This document shows, one piece after another, positions 44,153 to 44,929 of a DNA stretch of 44,929 nt (position 1 is the first letter of the stretch; the number at the start of each line of letters is the position of its first letter). The translations under genes and the position numbers were made by a program. Below the pieces are notes generated by a model that made no database searches, was not told where the DNA came from, and saw only the letters and a list, made by a program, of their open reading frames with translations. Where the stretch lies: assembly GCF_001194135.2 (NCBI RefSeq), contig NC_068983.1:37512156-37557084 (forward strand), read 5' to 3'. This DNA comes from Octopus bimaculoides. Lineage: Eukaryota.

Positions 44153-44595
44153 ATAAAATATGGTAATTAATCATATATTAATTAATATCGATTAATTACC
44201 AGGAGGCTAGCACGTTTAAAGAATCAAAGAGATTCAGAAATAGTATCTGCAATCTCAGGGGATTAAGGTACATTTTTATATATAACGTTGACCACTAACG
44301 TGGACAATTAATGTGCTAGAAATAGATCACATCTTGTGTCTATTAAGACCTAAATTGTTCTCAACATGAAATATAGCAGAATACCAAAACATAAGCGGGC
44401 AAGATATTTAAAATCACCTTAAAAAACACATTATTAAACAGGGACCGGTTTCGGATTTAACAAATCTTACCGATTGTCTATTCCTCTTCAGCCTGATTTG
44501 TAATGTAACCGCAATCATTAGAATCGTATACAAAGTTGCCCACCGCCATGGGTGCACGTGTATATGGTTCTGCTAATTACAGCTTAATGGTAAAA
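44150..44595 (-). mobile_element. Penelope-like element LTR / retrozyme-like segment ending in (TA)n
   Basis: Contains the hammerhead and terminates in a (TA)n tract, like the 10.8-kb unit. No ORF is visible, so family assignment is inference. Confidence 0.55.
44436..44499 (-). ncRNA. Minimal type I hammerhead ribozyme motif (Penelope-type)
   Basis: Minus strand reads aaauCAGG-CUGAAGA-GGA..hairpin..UCC-GAAA-CCG-GUC|CCUGuuu. It has the conserved core, the G10.1-C11.1 pair, palindromic ACCGGU stem III, a GUC cleavage site and a 4+2 bp stem I. Confidence 0.85.
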
Positions 44596-44929
44596 TTCAA
44601 AAGTAATTTCCAACTTTCCCTCGCGGTACTTGTCGGCTATCGGACTCGTCCCTGTATTTAGCCTTGGATGGAGCTTACCACCCGCTTTGGGCTGCGTTCC
44701 CAAGCAACCCGACTCTCGGGCCGAAAAGAAACACCGCCGATCGCCGCCGGCTCCGAATGGGCCTGGCACCCGCTCTGGGCAGCCCCGATCAATGGGACTC
44801 TGAACCTAGCCGAACGGTGGCGTCGGGCGCGGACAGACCGGGTGTGTGTCCGTTCCGTTCGTTCGTCATCGTCCGTGCCGTTCGTTCGTTTCCTGCTGCT
44901 GCTGCCGCCGCTGTCAGGCTCCGTTACGT
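44596..44929 (-). rRNA. 28S (LSU) rRNA 5' fragment (D1 region to about the post-D1 core), truncated at 44596 and running off the window
   Basis: Reverse complement contains GAGTCGGGTTGCTTGGGAACGCAGCCCAAAGCGGGTGGTAAGCTCCATCCAAGGCTAAATAC...CAAGTACCGCGAGGGAAAGTTG, the conserved eukaryotic LSU core. It is GC-rich, unlike the rest of the window. It may be a dispersed pseudogene. Confidence 0.95.

Overview
AT-rich, repeat-dense animal genomic DNA with 4 assembly gaps, most likely from an octopus (inferred from the cephalopod-type G-beta protein and the repeat landscape). One complete protein-coding gene can be reconstructed by hand: a heterotrimeric G-protein beta subunit (GNB1-4 class) on the + strand. 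It has 8 coding exons (6921-13531, 1026 nt, 341 aa, all GT-AG), a probable non-coding first exon and promoter near 3.85-4.1 kb, and a long 3' UTR. The rest is mostly decayed mobile DNA: RTE-LINE pieces, a CR1/Jockey-group RT relic, Tc1 and DD41D mariner relics, hAT/piggyBac-like MITEs, several tRNA-derived SINE families and microsatellites. A 28S rRNA fragment runs off the right edge. The strongest unannotated signals are two type I hammerhead ribozyme folds of the Penelope/retrozyme kind, both on the - strand. One lies in a 333-bp terminally repeated unit inside a G-beta intron (10818-11199). The other lies about 100 nt downstream of, and co-oriented with, the truncated 28S fragment (44436-44499). 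Most ORF-track entries are repeat- or N-derived and are not genes.
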